DNA of 64,000 nucleotides from Octopus bimaculoides (taxonomy: Eukaryota). The stretch is taken from NCBI RefSeq assembly GCF_001194135.2, contig NC_068981.1, forward strand, positions 14,522,163-14,586,162, given 5' to 3'. The notes below the pieces were generated by a model. That model saw only the letters and a list, made by a program, of their open reading frames with translations, searched no databases and was not told the origin of the DNA. The translations under genes were made by a program, and so were the position numbers. The stretch's first letter is position 1. Each line of letters opens with the position of its first letter. Positions 37,879 through 50,980 of this stretch are shown here, one piece after another.

Positions 37879-38345
37879 GGGAGAATTCACAAAAAAAAAA
37901 AAGACGAAGACAGGTACTGTAGAAAACAAACAGATGTATTAGTATAACGCTCGGGAATTGAAAGGCTTTAACGTTTCGAGTCTACGCTCTTCTACAGAAA
38001 GGCACACAGAAAGAAACAAGCAGAGAAACAAGCAGAGAAAAGCATGAGTGTAGTGGTTAGCGATGTATCATGGCGAATGCCGGACAGAAGGGTCACACAG
38101 GAGAGCTAAGAAGAAGCGAAGATAACCTGTAGTAGTGATCCCAAAACCAAGGTGCGCGTGTGTAAGGGAGAACGTAAGTGCGTGTGAAAAGGGGCCGGTG
38201 ATCTTGACGTGTGCGTGTGTGTGCAGGGGTGAAGAGAAGTAGGAGTCTGAGCAAGAGAGGAGAGGTGGGAGGTAGGAAGTATGAGGGAGAAGGGAGAGGC
38301 AAGGTGGAGAGGCAAGGTGGAGAGGCAAGGTGGAGAGGCAAGGGG
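37879..38345 (-). mobile_element. Penelope-like terminal repeat (subfamily A) with upstream extension and 13-bp GGAGAGGCAAGGT minisatellite
   Basis: Reverse complement contains CTTT-CTGTAGA-A-GAGC-GTAG-ACTC-GAAAC-GTT-AAAG; abuts (TA)n at 37878. Confidence 0.6.
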
Positions 38346-38484
38346 AGGTTAGAACATATAGTGAAGGCACATGGCTTAGTGNNNNNNNNNNNNNNNNNNN
38401 NNNNNNNNNNNNNNNNNNNNNNNNNNNNNNNNNNNNNNNNNNNNNNNNNNNNNNNNNNNNNNNNNNNNNNNNNNNNNNNNNATA

Positions 38485-38520
<36 letters not shown>

Positions 38521-39774
38521 TATACACGTTCATATACACACATGTGTACGTGCACATATATACATATCTATATTTACGCATGTATGCATATATGTATGTA
38601 TATCTTAATATACATACATACATTCACATGCAGCTGCAAACACACACACGCACTCACGCACATATAATGAAAGTTTGCACAGTTATCAATTCATAATAAT
38701 ATGTGGTACTATATTGAGGCAAATTTCCGTTGAGACGAATATAATCATCTTATATATTTAAACTCACGCAATTATTAATGTTTATGCNNNNNNNNNNNNN
38801 NNNNNNNNNNNNNNNNNNNNNNNNNNNNNNNNNNNNNNNNNNNNNNNNNNNNNNNNNNNNNNNNNNNNNNNNNNNNNNNNNNNNNNNNNNNNNNNNNNNN
38901 NNNNNNNNNNNNNNNNNNNNNNNNNNNNNNNNNNNNNNNNNNNNNNNNNNNNNNNNNNNNNNNNNNNNNNNNNNNNNNNNNNNNNNNNNNNNNNNNNNNN
39001 NNNNNNNNNNNNNNNNNNNNNNNNNNNNNNNNNNNNNNNNNNNNNNNNNNNNNNNNNNNNNNNNNNNNNNNNNNNNNNNNNNNNNNNNNNNNNNNNNNNN
39101 NNNNNNNNNNNNNNNNNNNNNNNNNNNNNNNNNNNNNNNNNNNNNNNNNNNNNNNNNNNNNNNNNNNNNNNNNNNNNNNNNNNNNNNNNNNNNNNNNNNN
39201 NNNNNNNNNNNNNNNNNNNNNNNNNNNNNNNNNNNNNNNNNNNNNNNNNNNNNNNNNNNNNNNNNNNNNNNNNNNNNNNNNNNNNNNNNNNNNNNNNNNN
39301 NNNNNNNNNNNNNNNNNNNNNNNNNNNNNNNNNNNNNNNNNNNNNNNNNNNNNNNNNNNNNNNNNNNNNNNNNNNNNNNNNNNNNNNNNNNNNNNNNNNN
39401 NNNNNNNNNNNNNNNNNNNNNNNNNNNNNNNNNNNNNNNNNNNNNNNNNNNNNNNNNNNNNNNNNNNNNNNNNNNNNNNNNNNNNNNNNNNNNNNNNNNN
39501 NNNNNNNNNNNNNNNNNNNNNNNNNNNNNNNNNNNNNNNNNNNNNNNNNNNNNNNNNNNNNNNNNNNNNNNNNNNNNNNNNNNNNNNNNNNNNNNNNNNN
39601 NNNNNNNNNNNNNNNNNNNNNNNNNNNNNNNNNNNNNNNNNNNNNNNNNNNNNNNNNNNNNNNNNNNNNNNNNNNNNNNNNNNNNNNNNNNNNNNNNNNN
39701 NNNNNNNNNNNNNNNNNNNNNNNNNNNNNNNNNNNNNNNNNNNNNNNNNNNNNNNNNNNNNNNNNNNNNNNNNC

Positions 39775-39826
39775 CGAAACCATGTGGTTGGTAAGCAAGC
39801 TACTTACCACATACCCACTCCTACGC

Positions 39827-39828
<2 letters not shown>
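39775..39828 (-). mobile_element. SINE 5' head (rest in gap)
   Basis: Reverse complement GGCGTAGGAGTGGGTATGTGGTAAGTAGCTTGCTTACCAACCACATGGTTTCGG. Confidence 0.55.
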
Positions 39829-39859
<31 letters not shown>

Positions 39860-39994
39860 GACAGTGAGAAAGAGAAACGCAGATAAGTAGTTAGAATGTT
39901 AGATACACACCTCCATGTAACATATCTATATGTGTATACTGCATATACATATATACAATCATACAGGTGTGTGTGTGTGGGTGCACGTGCAGAA

Positions 39995-40057
<63 letters not shown>

Positions 40058-40974
40058 TATGCATTTTCAGGGAAAGATAGATAGATAGAGAAATAGAGAT
40101 GTAGTTAGTTAGAGGGAGGGAGAGAGAGAAAAAAACAGGGAAAGGAAAGGTAACTGTTTTGAGTTCATATAGAATTGTCATTTATACGAAGAGATCCGAT
40201 CATCATCGTAGGAAGTTTCGCGATCATTAGCCTCTGTATTACAATAATCACAATCCAGAATATCATTAGCATACCCATTAATCCCAACATGCATACCCAT
40301 TAATCCCAACAGTAAATAAGACGGTAATAACTGTAATATTTGAATAGTTTGGATATAGTTGATTTGCTTAGTTAGTAAAGCAAATATCAATTGTGAAAAT
40401 ATCGATATTTTTAGTGCAATATGTGATTTGATAATTCAAAATAGCGGGACTACAAAGGATTAATGACATACGTTAAACCCTAGCGAATACATTATATTAC
40501 AATATTCGTTCCATACGAAAGAAAAAAAACGAAGCTTTTCCCTGCATACCAATGAATGGTTATATGTCACATATATTTAGATAGCATATATTGTGGGCAG
40601 AAATGGTGTACCATGTATTTCGTATGAGAGTAAATCTTTGAACTTTTTTTTATGCATGTTAACAAGACTTTTTTGAAGTTTTAGTAAATGTCACTGCATT
40701 GTTTTGTTTATTTTTGGATGATAAAGTTTATTTCAGTTTATTGCGAGTCTTATACAGTATACTGAGTGCATCATCGCTACGTAATAAGACAAGAAATTAT
40801 ATGAACTTTATAAAGATTTCCCATAAAAAAATATGTATGTCTATCTATCTATCTATCTATTTATCACCATACCTACTTATTTACCTATCAATCTATCACT
40901 CTATCTGTCTATTTATTCGGTGCGAATGGTTGTTTATACGGCCGTTTTTACAATCTTGTAACTAATAATAATAA

Positions 40975-41130
40975 TGGTATTTTTGTATAAGCTTAAACCT
41001 TATGCTGATCACCGTGCAATGATAAGGGAAAATAGTCTAATAAAGGGGCATATAAGCCCTCGACAGAAAACAGAAGGCTTTCTTATTAGCATGAGAGTCG
41101 AACCCACATCTCTTTGTTAACGCGATTAAG
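40975..41130 (-). mobile_element. tRNA-like-headed repeat (family shared with 45900-46240)
   Basis: Reverse complement GGTTCGACTCTCA B box and GAGGGCTTATATGCCCC..TAGACTATTTTCC..TTGCACGGTGAT body. Confidence 0.45.
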
Positions 41131-41269
41131 TGTGTAAAGGTAACACACGAAGGGATCATGCACGATGGTCGCCATAAACTTTAAGCTTATATAAAGAAAT
41201 ACCACTATCTATTTATCTATCTAGACATCCATCCATTTATCTATCTATCTATCTAGCTATAGTTCAAAT

Positions 41270-41372
41270 TTACAGAAAACAAAAGACGAAGACAGGTGAA
41301 GGAATACCAAGCAGGTGTATCGGGTTAACTCTCAGAAATAATAGAAAAGTCTTTGACGTTTCGAGCCTAATT
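41270..41372 (-). mobile_element. Partial Penelope-like terminal repeat
   Basis: AAAGACGAAGACAGG...AAAGTCTTTGACGTTTCGAGCC. Confidence 0.5.
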
Positions 41373-41432
41373 CTATATCTGTCTGTCTGTCTGCATGAGG
41401 ATAATATACATACATACATACATACATACATA

Positions 41433-41476
<44 letters not shown>

Positions 41477-41514
41477 CATACATACTCTGAAATATTGAGA
41501 AATGTACAGCTACT

Positions 41515-41705
41515 CTATCCTGATTACAAGTTTTATAACTGTAATTAATGGAGTACTGGGATACGTAACATTCTGCCTAAATACAAATCTTGAGAAATTA
41601 GGCTCTCCAAATCAGAAAAAGAGGAAGCTGATAGAATAATACAAATCAAAGCCATCACTGGAACTCTAAAAATCTGTAAAACTTTCAGAAACTTGTTCAT
41701 TTAAT
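41515..41705 (+). mobile_element. C-terminal RLE-endonuclease fragment of an R4/NeSL-type LINE
   Basis: YPDYKF..NGVLGYVTFCLNTNLEKLG..KRKLI..IQIKAITGTLKICKTF (with frameshifts). Confidence 0.55.
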
Positions 41706-42168
41706 TATATACGAACATTCTAGGCATGCAACAATATGCATAAGGATACATACACACATACATACACACATACATACACATACATATACCTATATATAGA
41801 GAGAAAGAAAGTGAGTGAGTAGGAGGGAGAGGGGAGAGATTGAGATGTCAAACATAGGCATAGCCATAGTACACACAGGCACACAGCTAGATCGATACAT
41901 GGCGGAATGGTGATCTGTGTGTCGATATATGAAAAGGGGAAACTGGGAAAATACTTATAGAATGATTATTTCCATGATGCTAATATTATAGATATGAATT
42001 TGGCCTAGGTCCCTAACTATTGATTGATTTTTGAGGAAGGTAAAAATATGGGCATTATCTAGAATTCTAGCAAAGTGATTCGTAGCCTTTCTGACCTTAG
42101 CGTATAAAACACTTTTCATAATGAAATAGTAAAAACAACGCATACGTATACACACACACACGCACGCA

Positions 42169-42210
<42 letters not shown>

Positions 42211-42709
42211 CACACACGCACACACACGCACACACATACATATAAATAAAGAGAAATAGAGAGAGAGGAATACAGAAAATGAAAGAGAGAGGAAAAGAGA
42301 GACACGGAGAGAAAGAAAGAGAGAGAGGGGATAGGGAGAGGGAGAGGGAGAGAGAACGAGATGAAAACTTGGCCGATAGTAGCAAAAAGGTATTTGATAC
42401 CATGAAAGATGAAGAATGAAATCTGTTGGACACTATTCTTAAAAATAGAAAATCGTCAAAGAAAGGAAAATTCATGGGAAGAAAAGAGGAGGGAAAACAA
42501 GAAATACATAGAAGAATAATGTCAATAAAAGGAAAGATTTAAAATGCTATGTATGCTTCAAGACAGTTCTCCGAAGACCGAGGTAATAATCCATAGGCTT
42601 TAATCGTACCAAAACAGAGGAACATTGATTGCAGTAAGGACGATCATTTTCAGTAACGAATTCCTCTCATCTAGAAAGTCTGTTTATTTAGACTCATTAT
42701 TGTTAACAG

Positions 42710-42751
42710 CGTTTACTATGTTAGTAGTTCATAAACTCGCTTATAAACAAG
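42710..42751 (+). CDS. Candidate micro-exon (xFTMLVVHKLAYKQG)
   Basis: ttaacag acceptor and AAG|gtgaga donor; 42 nt, phase 1-1; could be non-coding. Confidence 0.25.
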
Positions 42752-42859
42752 GTGAGATTATCAATATACAAGTAAAGAAATTTTCATAATTTATGTGCTT
42801 AGATTATGTTTCTAATTCGTATATCAGTATTGTTATGTTTACCTGTACTTTTGGTGCAG

Positions 42860-42896
42860 GTCGGAAGGGTGACAATTATTGTAAAATAAATATTTG
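42860..42896 (+). CDS. Candidate micro-exon (GRKGDNYCKINI)
   Basis: ttttggtgcag acceptor and G|gtaagt donor; phase-compatible with 42710-42751. Confidence 0.25.
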
Positions 42897-43189
42897 GTAA
42901 GTTTGTTTTAAGTGAAGCTGCAAGATTTACCTATGAATAATTTGAAACGATTAAGTAATGTTGGCAGCTTTTCAAGTATATCTCTAATACCGTTGTAGCA
43001 ATGCAATTAAATATTTATCAAGAATTACAGGAAGCAACGTGATTTTAAATGAGCTTATCAGTCTTTTCCAACACTATAAGGTAATTTGCTGAAAGGCCTG
43101 ACCTTACCTGTTTGTAAATTCACAAACAACATTGTGCACAACGTACATACAACAACGTCATAAGCTTTTATATGTGTTCGGTAAATATA

Positions 43190-43620
43190 TATGGGTTACA
43201 CATGTATGTTGGTTTGCCTGTGACTGCGTCCGATCTTGAAAATATGACAGGTAGATTTCGAAGTATAAATATTTGCTGCAGTACAATGTCGAAGGACTTG
43301 TGCTTGATTGTCGCATTTGTTGCCGTACTTTTTTGTCTTTTCAATCCACCATTCATTCCTCATATTTGTAGATCCACTTCATATTTCTGACACTATTTCA
43401 TGTTGAAGTTGGTGTTGACTTGTAGGATTAGCATGTTTGAATTATACCACAAATATGTATGCCACATTTCTGGCTGCAACACGAAAATTGAGCTGGTGAC
43501 CAACTTCAGTTGTTCGAAGACCTTCCGTGAAACACGGTGACAATCTCATGAATCATGTTTTGGAACCGTCATGAGGCAGTGGTGGAAACCAAGAGCGGCT
43601 GTCTGTGGAAACTTATGTTC
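43190..43620 (-). mobile_element. Decayed RTE-like LINE linker fragment
   Basis: Minus-strand ALGFTT.. and HANPTSQ..TNMRNEWWIEK resemble the RTE LGFTTRKHQDWF..MKNEWW region. Confidence 0.4.
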
Positions 43621-43925
43621 CAGTAATAATCTAGTTGATATGCTTTGAGTTTTTAAAATACATTAATTTTGGGATGGGATATTCTCTTTATTTTTTCTTT
43701 TAAGCGAACTGTCAAATTTAGCCTCGAAAACACACACTATATATATAATATGTGTATGATTTGCGTTTGTGTGGGTTCACGCGTGTTTTGATCAGAAGGT
43801 TTGTTAATAACAGTCTGTGGGCGTACCTGATTTAACAGGAAAAGCACTTGCCTCAGTTTATTAAGAATAACCCGAATCGTTCGTCGAAAGCTACCACAAA
43901 TAGATAGATAACAGCTCAACTTGGC

Positions 43926-44081
43926 AATTCAAACATGCTAATCCTACAAGTCAACACCGACTTCAACAAGAAATAATGTCAGATATATTATGTGAATCTA
44001 CAAATATAAGGAATGAATGATGGATTGAAAAGCCAATAAAGTACGGTAGCAAATGTGACAACCAAGCACGAGTCCTTCGAC
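43926..44081 (+). repeat. Inverted copy of 43288-43443
   Basis: 156 bp, about 16 mismatches counted by eye, no indels. Confidence 0.85.
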
Positions 44082-44663
44082 TTTCTACGGTATGTCTTTT
44101 CGTGCTAAAAACATGATTATTAGCAATTATATATGCCATCTATTTTCTTGAATTTAACTTTATGAGATAATTTTATATGAAGAAATATTTACTGGCGCAC
44201 TGAGAATATGCTGCCCAGTCTTACGCATATGTTCTGATGATATATAATGGTGTCTTGGTCACTAAATTTGAAATTTGTTTAATCTCGTTATTTAGTGATA
44301 AAAAAAGTTCTGCAAAAGAAGCAAAAGAGAACTGGGAATGTTTTGTTCTTCGAGTGCCTGAATAAACACACATACCAAAATATTTGACTGAAAGCAAGAT
44401 AATCGAATTATACTTAATATCGTGAATCTTATACTTTATCACAGGATGATCTAAACTTGTTTAAGTAGTTGTATCCTTCGTAAGCTCTAATGCAAAGAAC
44501 ATTAGGATTAATGGGGATTTACAAATGCCTAGTAGTTTAACATGAAAACTCATTAAAGCAGATATCAACAAATGTGAAATTATCTTCAAAGAGAAGTCTT
44601 GCAACAGTTAATGCATTGGTTGAGTCAAATGCTAAATACATTCCTTTTCATGTTTTAACATCT

Positions 44664-44760
44664 CTTAAGGTGGTGAGATAAGAGAATCGTCGAGTAAAAT
44701 GCTTAGCGGCATTTGGTCTATCTTAAAGTTCCAAGTTCAAATTTCGCTGGTATTTACTTT
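44664..44760 (+). mobile_element. SINE 5' head fragment
   Basis: AAGGTGGTGAG..AAAATGCTTAGCGGCATTT..AGTTCAAATTTCGCTG. Confidence 0.5.
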
Positions 44761-45899
44761 CTAGCATTTCCAGAATTTGAAACCTATATTTTAACATGTT
44801 AAACAGTTGTTAATCTTTAGATAAGCATATTTATTGTGCCTTGAGCAAACTGATTGACACCAAACTGAGCGTAAGAGGCATGGGAAATAGTGTAGAACAA
44901 GAAAGAATGATCTTAAGAAGTGGTATATCAATAGACAGCGAGCAAATTCTATTTCCGGTTACAAACCAATAATACTCAACGAAGAAATAGTTATATAAGC
45001 TGCGATAATTAACTACATTTTATGTTTGAACATCTAAGGATCTAAGCAACTGAGTTTCTTAAAGACGTTTGCATCCGCTGTTAAATATCAAAGTTTTTTA
45101 GATATGTATAATATGAATGAGTTGACATAAAAATTACCAAATATCTATTAACATTGTAGTATCTAACATGCTCAGCTTGTTGCTACAAATTTCATTAATG
45201 CACAGTTCTATGACCTTAAGTGACAACTTCTTTTTCAGTCTCGATGGCTTTGTGGAGCCCCCTCACCCGAACCGCTTAGAAATACTGTTTCTTGAACGTA
45301 CTTTCTTTTCATTCTTGTACATATCTTTTCCAAATACGTTTCAACTTCTTTACTCATTCCACGAAACGCATCAACATTATGACATTAAACACCATTTTTA
45401 TTGGCATCTCGACTTGTTTCTTATGTCACATTTTTTCTTCTTGTAAGGCAAGGGATGTACATAGTCAGGTATGACTATTTCTCTCTTTCTATTTTCAAAA
45501 TATGCAGTTTTTGACATTAGATTCCATGATCATACCATACTGTATCATGAAGTCCGACCAAAACTATATTTTCTCGTTAACATTTTGTGTCGTCATCTGT
45601 TTCATATTCATTTCTGTTCTTTCATTTCACAAGTACTCATTCACCGCTGATTGCTGCATTTTATATCCTGCGAAAACCTGCCGCAAAACGGTGCACATGT
45701 TATTTCGGAAAATGTAATTGTTCTAAATGAACGACAACTTGAATGTAATTACAATTCATAATTCTTTATAAAATTCACACACACACACACACACGCACAC
45801 ACACAAACACACACACACACACTCACTCACTCACACACATATATATATATATGTATGCATGTATGTATGTGTCTGTGTATGTATGTATATATTATGTTT

Positions 45900-46240
45900 C
45901 TATCGAGGGCTTATATGCCTCATTTTTAGACTATTTTCCTTACTCATTGCACGGTGATTGCTATGAGCTATAAGCTTATAAAATACTATTATCATAATTT
46001 GCAGAATTGTTAAACACGACACTGCTCAACAAAGCCATTCGCAGTCGAAAAGAATAATGCTAGTCCGCTAGTTTAATTAGTAACCCATTTGCGTAAACAT
46101 AGGAATGTTAGTTCGAGTCCCACGGATACGGGGAAATCTACTTTTTTTTCTGTTTTGGGCTTATATGCTCCATTATTAGACTATTTTCTTTAGTAATTGC
46201 GCGGTGATCGCTATAAGCTTTAAACTGATAAGATACTGTA
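45900..46240 (+). mobile_element. Two copies (one partial, one with head) of a tRNA-derived repeat
   Basis: GGGCTTATATGC..TTAGACTATTTTC..TTGC(A/G)CGGTGAT occurs twice; A/B-box-like head GCTAGTTTAATTAG...GTTCGAGTCCCA at about 46065-46120. Confidence 0.5.
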
Positions 46241-46324
46241 ATTATTATTTCCTGATTTGTAAAACTCGACAATGCTTAGCAAAATCACTCGCAGCGAAAG
46301 CAAACACACGCACACACACACACA

Positions 46325-46359
<35 letters not shown>

Positions 46360-48311
46360 CCACACATATATATATANNNNNNNNNNNNNNNNNNNNNNNN
46401 NNNNNNNNNNNNNNNNNNNNNNNNNNNNNNNNNNNNNNNNNNNNNNNNNNNNNNNNNNNNNNNNNNNNNNNNNNNNNNNNNNNNNNNNNNNNNNNNNNNN
46501 NNNNNNNNNNNNNNNNNNNNNNNNNNNNNNNNNNNNNNNNNNNNNNNNNNNNNNNNNNNNNNNNNNNNNNNNNNNNNNNNNNNNNNNNNNNNNNNNNNNN
46601 NNNNNNNNNNNNNNNNNNNNNNNNNNNNNNNNNNNNNNNNNNNNNNNNNNNNNNNNNNNNNNNNNNNNNNNNNNNNNNNNNNNNNNNNNNNNNNNNNNNN
46701 NNNNNNNNNNNNNNNNNNNNNNNNNNNNNNNNNNNNNNNNNNNNNNNNNNNNNNNNNNNNNNNNNNNNNNNNNNNNNNNNNNNNNNNNNNNNNNNNNNNN
46801 NNNNNNNNNNNNNNNNNNNNNNNNNNNNNNNNNNNNNNNNNNNNNNNNNNNNNNNNNNNNNNNNNNNNNNNNNNNNNNNNNNNNNNNNNNNNNNNNNNNN
46901 NNNNNNNNNNNNNNNNNNNNNNNNNNNNNNNNNNNNNNNNNNNNNNNNNNNNNNNNNNNNNNNNNNNNNNNNNNNNNNNNNNNNNNNNNNNNNNNNNNNN
47001 NNNNNNNNNNNNNNNNNNNNNNNNNNNNNNNNNNNNNNNNNNNNNNNNNNNNNNNNNNNNNNNNNNNNNNNNNNNNNNNNNNNNNNNNNNNNNNNNNNNN
47101 NNNNNNNNNNNNNNNNNNNNNNNNNNNNNNNNNNNNNNNNNNNNNNNNNNNNNNNNNNNNNNNNNNNNNNNNNNNNNNNNNNNNNNNNNNNNNNNNNNNN
47201 NNNNNNNNNNNNNNNNNNNNNNNNNNNNNNNNNNNNNNNNNNNNNNNNNNNNNNNNNNNNNNNNNNNNNNNNNNNNNNNNNNNNNNNNNNNNNNNNNNNN
47301 NNNNNNNNNNNTGTGTGTGTGTGTGTGTGTGTGTATGTGTGTGTGTGTGTGTGTTTGTGTGTGTATGTGTATGTGTGTGTGTGTATGTATGTATGTATAT
47401 ACATACAAACACACACACTCCAACATACACGTGATTACCAGCAATAAACTGTACATGTTTTCCAAATGAATAAGAATTAATGAAACTGTAGCCTTTCTTC
47501 CCCTTTATACATCTGAAATAACGTTCAAAATATCAAATCAAACACGTCAAGAGATTCCTGAAATGATTTCCATTTGTGATTTATTGTGATTATCGTATTT
47601 AAAGTATATCCTCGTTTAAGAGATGATGAATTAGATTAATGAATATCCACTTACTGACATTTACCGATTAGTCGTTCGTACATAAACATAAAGCATTGTT
47701 TTCCAAAATGGCTATATCCTTTTTTTCAAAATGGCATCTTTCGTTCGTTGCTTTTTAGATCTTTTCTTTTTCTGAGCTATATTTAATATCTTACTTTTAG
47801 GAAAATCACTATTAATTATCTTTAAACAATTATTGTGGGGATTCAGGGACAACATGCATTCCATTCCCTACACCCCTTTTTACTACTTGCATCTTTATAT
47901 TCATGGCATTAATCTATACGATATCTCTTTGGATGAGAGAATAATAAACGTAAATGACATTGAAGAAAGGGGTTAACATAAATAGCCCCGAAGGCAAGGG
48001 CATGTGATATATATATANNNNNNNNNNNNNNNNNNNNNNNNNNNNNNNNNNNNNNNNNNNNNNNNNNNNNNNNNNNNNNNNNNNNNNNNNNNNNNNNNNN
48101 NNNNNNNNNNNNNNNNNNNNNNNNNNNNNNNNNNNNNNNNNNNNNNNNNNNNNNNNNNNNNNNNNNNNNNNNNNNNNNNNNNNNNNNNNNNNNNNNNNNN
48201 NNNNNNNNNNNNNNNNNNNNNNNNNNNNNNNNNNNNNNNNNNNNNNNNNNNNNNNNNNNNNNNNNNNNNNNNNNNNNNNNNNNNNNNNNNNNNNNNNNNN
48301 NNNNNNNNNNN

Positions 48312-48372
48312 CAGCGGGACTGAACCTAGAACCATGTGTTTGGAAAGCAAACTTCTTCAAAAGGTTCGCATT
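48312..48372 (-). mobile_element. SINE head fragment
   Basis: GCGGGACTGAACCTAGAACCATGTGTTTGGAAAGCAAACTTCTT; same family as 39775. Confidence 0.5.
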
Positions 48373-48673
48373 TTTCCCGTCTTCAAACACTTTGTATGGA
48401 ATGTCATCAAATGCAAGTATGTACGTATGTGTTTGTTTGTGTGTGTGTGTGTGTGTGTGCGTGTGTGTATGTGTATGTGTGTGTGTGTGTGTTTGTGTGT
48501 GTATGCGTGGCTGCGAGCGTGTGTGAATGGGTTTACATGTGTTTGAATCTGAAGGACGGAAGTGAAAGTGTCAAAAGTGATAAGACTCGTTTCATATATC
48601 CTAAATATTTGAATACAGTAAACATGAAGTGTTGAATACTCAAAAGCCGTATTGAGAAATACTATGAGAGCAG

Positions 48674-48718
<45 letters not shown>

Positions 48719-48730
48719 GGATTTTTGCCG

Positions 48731-49606
48731 GGATCCTTGTGATTTGACGGGCAACACCTGTTTTCTTAACGAAACACTTTCAAACTTGGGACACTGGTAG
48801 AATATGTCATACAAAACCACTTTTTCTCTTAGCCTTCTTAACAAAAAATTATACATCGCAAGTTATTTCATGTTAACGTTGTCGTATTTCTGTAATTTCA
48901 ACCAACACTGACGTCTATTCAGCTGAATACAGTTACTGCTGTCGGTGTCAAGTGTGTTATTCATTGTTTAATTATATCAGTATTCCCTAGTAAGGGTTTA
49001 GGGTTTTAGGGTTAGGGTTCGGGTTTTAGGGTTAGGGTTTTAGGGTTAGGTTTGGGGTTAGGGTTAGGGTTAGGGTTATGGTTATGAATTATAGGGTTAG
49101 AGGTAAGGTTATGGCAAAAATAATCATAGCCCTAACCGTAATCCTAAAACTAAACCTAACTCTAAAACCCGAACCCTAACCCTAAAACCCTAAAGCTAAA
49201 ACCAGTACAAACGCACGAACGATATCATAAATAACAGTGACAAATGAAAAATATACCGCTGATAGTTCTTGTTGACAACGGATAATTTTTATTGACAAAC
49301 AACGGGACTNNNNNNNNNNTACCGCTGATAGTTCTTGTTGACAACGGATAATTTTTATTGACAAACAACGGGACTAATTTTATTCAAGGGAAAAAATCCC
49401 GTAACACCGTTGTTTATATTCCACGGCGTAATTGTTTTCACCTCAGAAATTACCGAAATACGACAATTTTTTACATGAAATAATTTCGAATACAAATTAT
49501 GTTATCTGTTCTATAACACAAAATATACAAGTATTCGAAGTTTGAAAGTGTTTCGGTACAAAAAGCACTACATAAAAAAATGTTGCCCGTCAAATCACAA
49601 AGATTC
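48731..49606. mobile_element. Non-autonomous TIR element (Merlin-like MITE)
   Basis: 26-bp near-perfect TIR GGATCCTTGTGATTTGACGGGCAACA / TGTTGCCCGTCAAATCACAAAGATTC, about 170-bp imperfect subterminal inverted repeats, and an exact 8-bp TSD TTTTGCCG (48723-30, 49607-14). GG-start and 8-9-bp TSD are Merlin features, so the superfamily call is an inference. Confidence 0.75.
48992..49200. repeat. Interstitial telomere-like repeats: (TTAGGG)n variants followed by (CCCTAA)n variants
   Basis: G-strand array 48992-49113 and C-strand array 49126-49200. Confidence 0.9.
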
Positions 49607-50980
49607 TTTTGCCGAAATATTTTTGAAACATATTCAATTATTTATTATGATCGGTCAGAATAACTGTTTTAAAAAAAATCGACAGTTTTAAACACAGTTT
49701 CTTTTGAAAGACATACAATATTTGCTATCTATTTATGCTGCACCTGGTAAACTAGTTGAGGGGAAAATAAAAAAAAACAATGAGTGTCTTTCAAATGAAT
49801 TATTTACAATTGTGAATAAAAGTGCTTTGTTTTTTGAAAAACAAGCGACGTTACCTTTATATCGTTCGTCAAAACAACAAAGCGAAGTATGTGAGAATAT
49901 TTATTTACAAAAAAATGTGATAATTTTTTCTTATTTTTGACTGTAGTAGAAAAGCAGTAACTTCGATGGAAGCCGATATCATTGAAATTGGTACTTGACT
50001 TTTTGTAAGTGATTTATGGACCTCGGAATGGAGAAAGTCTAAGCTGTGCTTGGTGGAATTTCAGCTTAGCGCATAACATTCCAGATCAAATGTTGCAAAG
50101 TATTTTTCAGACTCTTTCACCACCTTGTCAGCTAACAGTCTTAATTTTACTTATTAAAATAAAAGTTTATTTTAGAGATATGAAGACTTATGACAAATCT
50201 CTTATTTAAAAGATATTTCTTTCAATTGAAAGTTTGAATAATTTTGTTCTGGTAATACAAACTGCATGATAGACTTGGTGCTTTTACCTACCAACCTTTT
50301 AATATTTCGCGTCATAATAGCGACATATAAAATTAGGCATTTCAAATGTCCGATTCGTTTGCATTCTTATTGAAAGACCAAAAACATTTTATATTATAAA
50401 TAAAAAAATAAAAAATATGTTTAAAAATAGAGTATTTAGGTTTTAACTTATGTTTAAAATATTATATAATTACAAAACATTTCTACTTTTGTTTGTTTCA
50501 CTTTTTTCCCGTAAGTTAATATGCTCATCACGCTATGAATATCTTTTTTGTTCTGACTAAGCCTAATAAAATTAGACATACAATAACTTGCCTTTGAATT
50601 ATAAATATATATCCTCTAATGCATACTAATTTATCGTAAACTATTTCAAACTTTGGGGTTCTGTGTATTCGGTTTGCCAATCATTACCATTCGGTTTACT
50701 AATCTCCATATACACATTCTGTCTACTTCTCCTTTCTTTCTTCTTCGATTCGAAACATATAAAATACATCGTATGATTGGTATGGTAAGTGTTGCGGAGC
50801 TCAGTTACCTATTTGTCTGAAGACAGACATCGTCGAATGTGATATTGAGACAAAGGAATGTGTGTAAGTGAGAGGAAAGATTATGCCCCAGTACTGCACT
50901 GGAAATGTATTTAATAACGACGAATCAATTAATACCAAATTTGAACTGAAACAACAGTGACGATTCTAATCTGCGATAAA

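Noticed and set aside
48992-49200. Ancient head-to-head telomere fusion site
   Set aside because: The arrays are mirror copies with the same variant order and sit inside TIRs with an 8-bp TSD, so a transposon explains them better.
49255-49376. Direct repeat of about 55 bp inside the MITE
   Set aside because: It also straddles a 10-N gap, so it is an assembly artifact.
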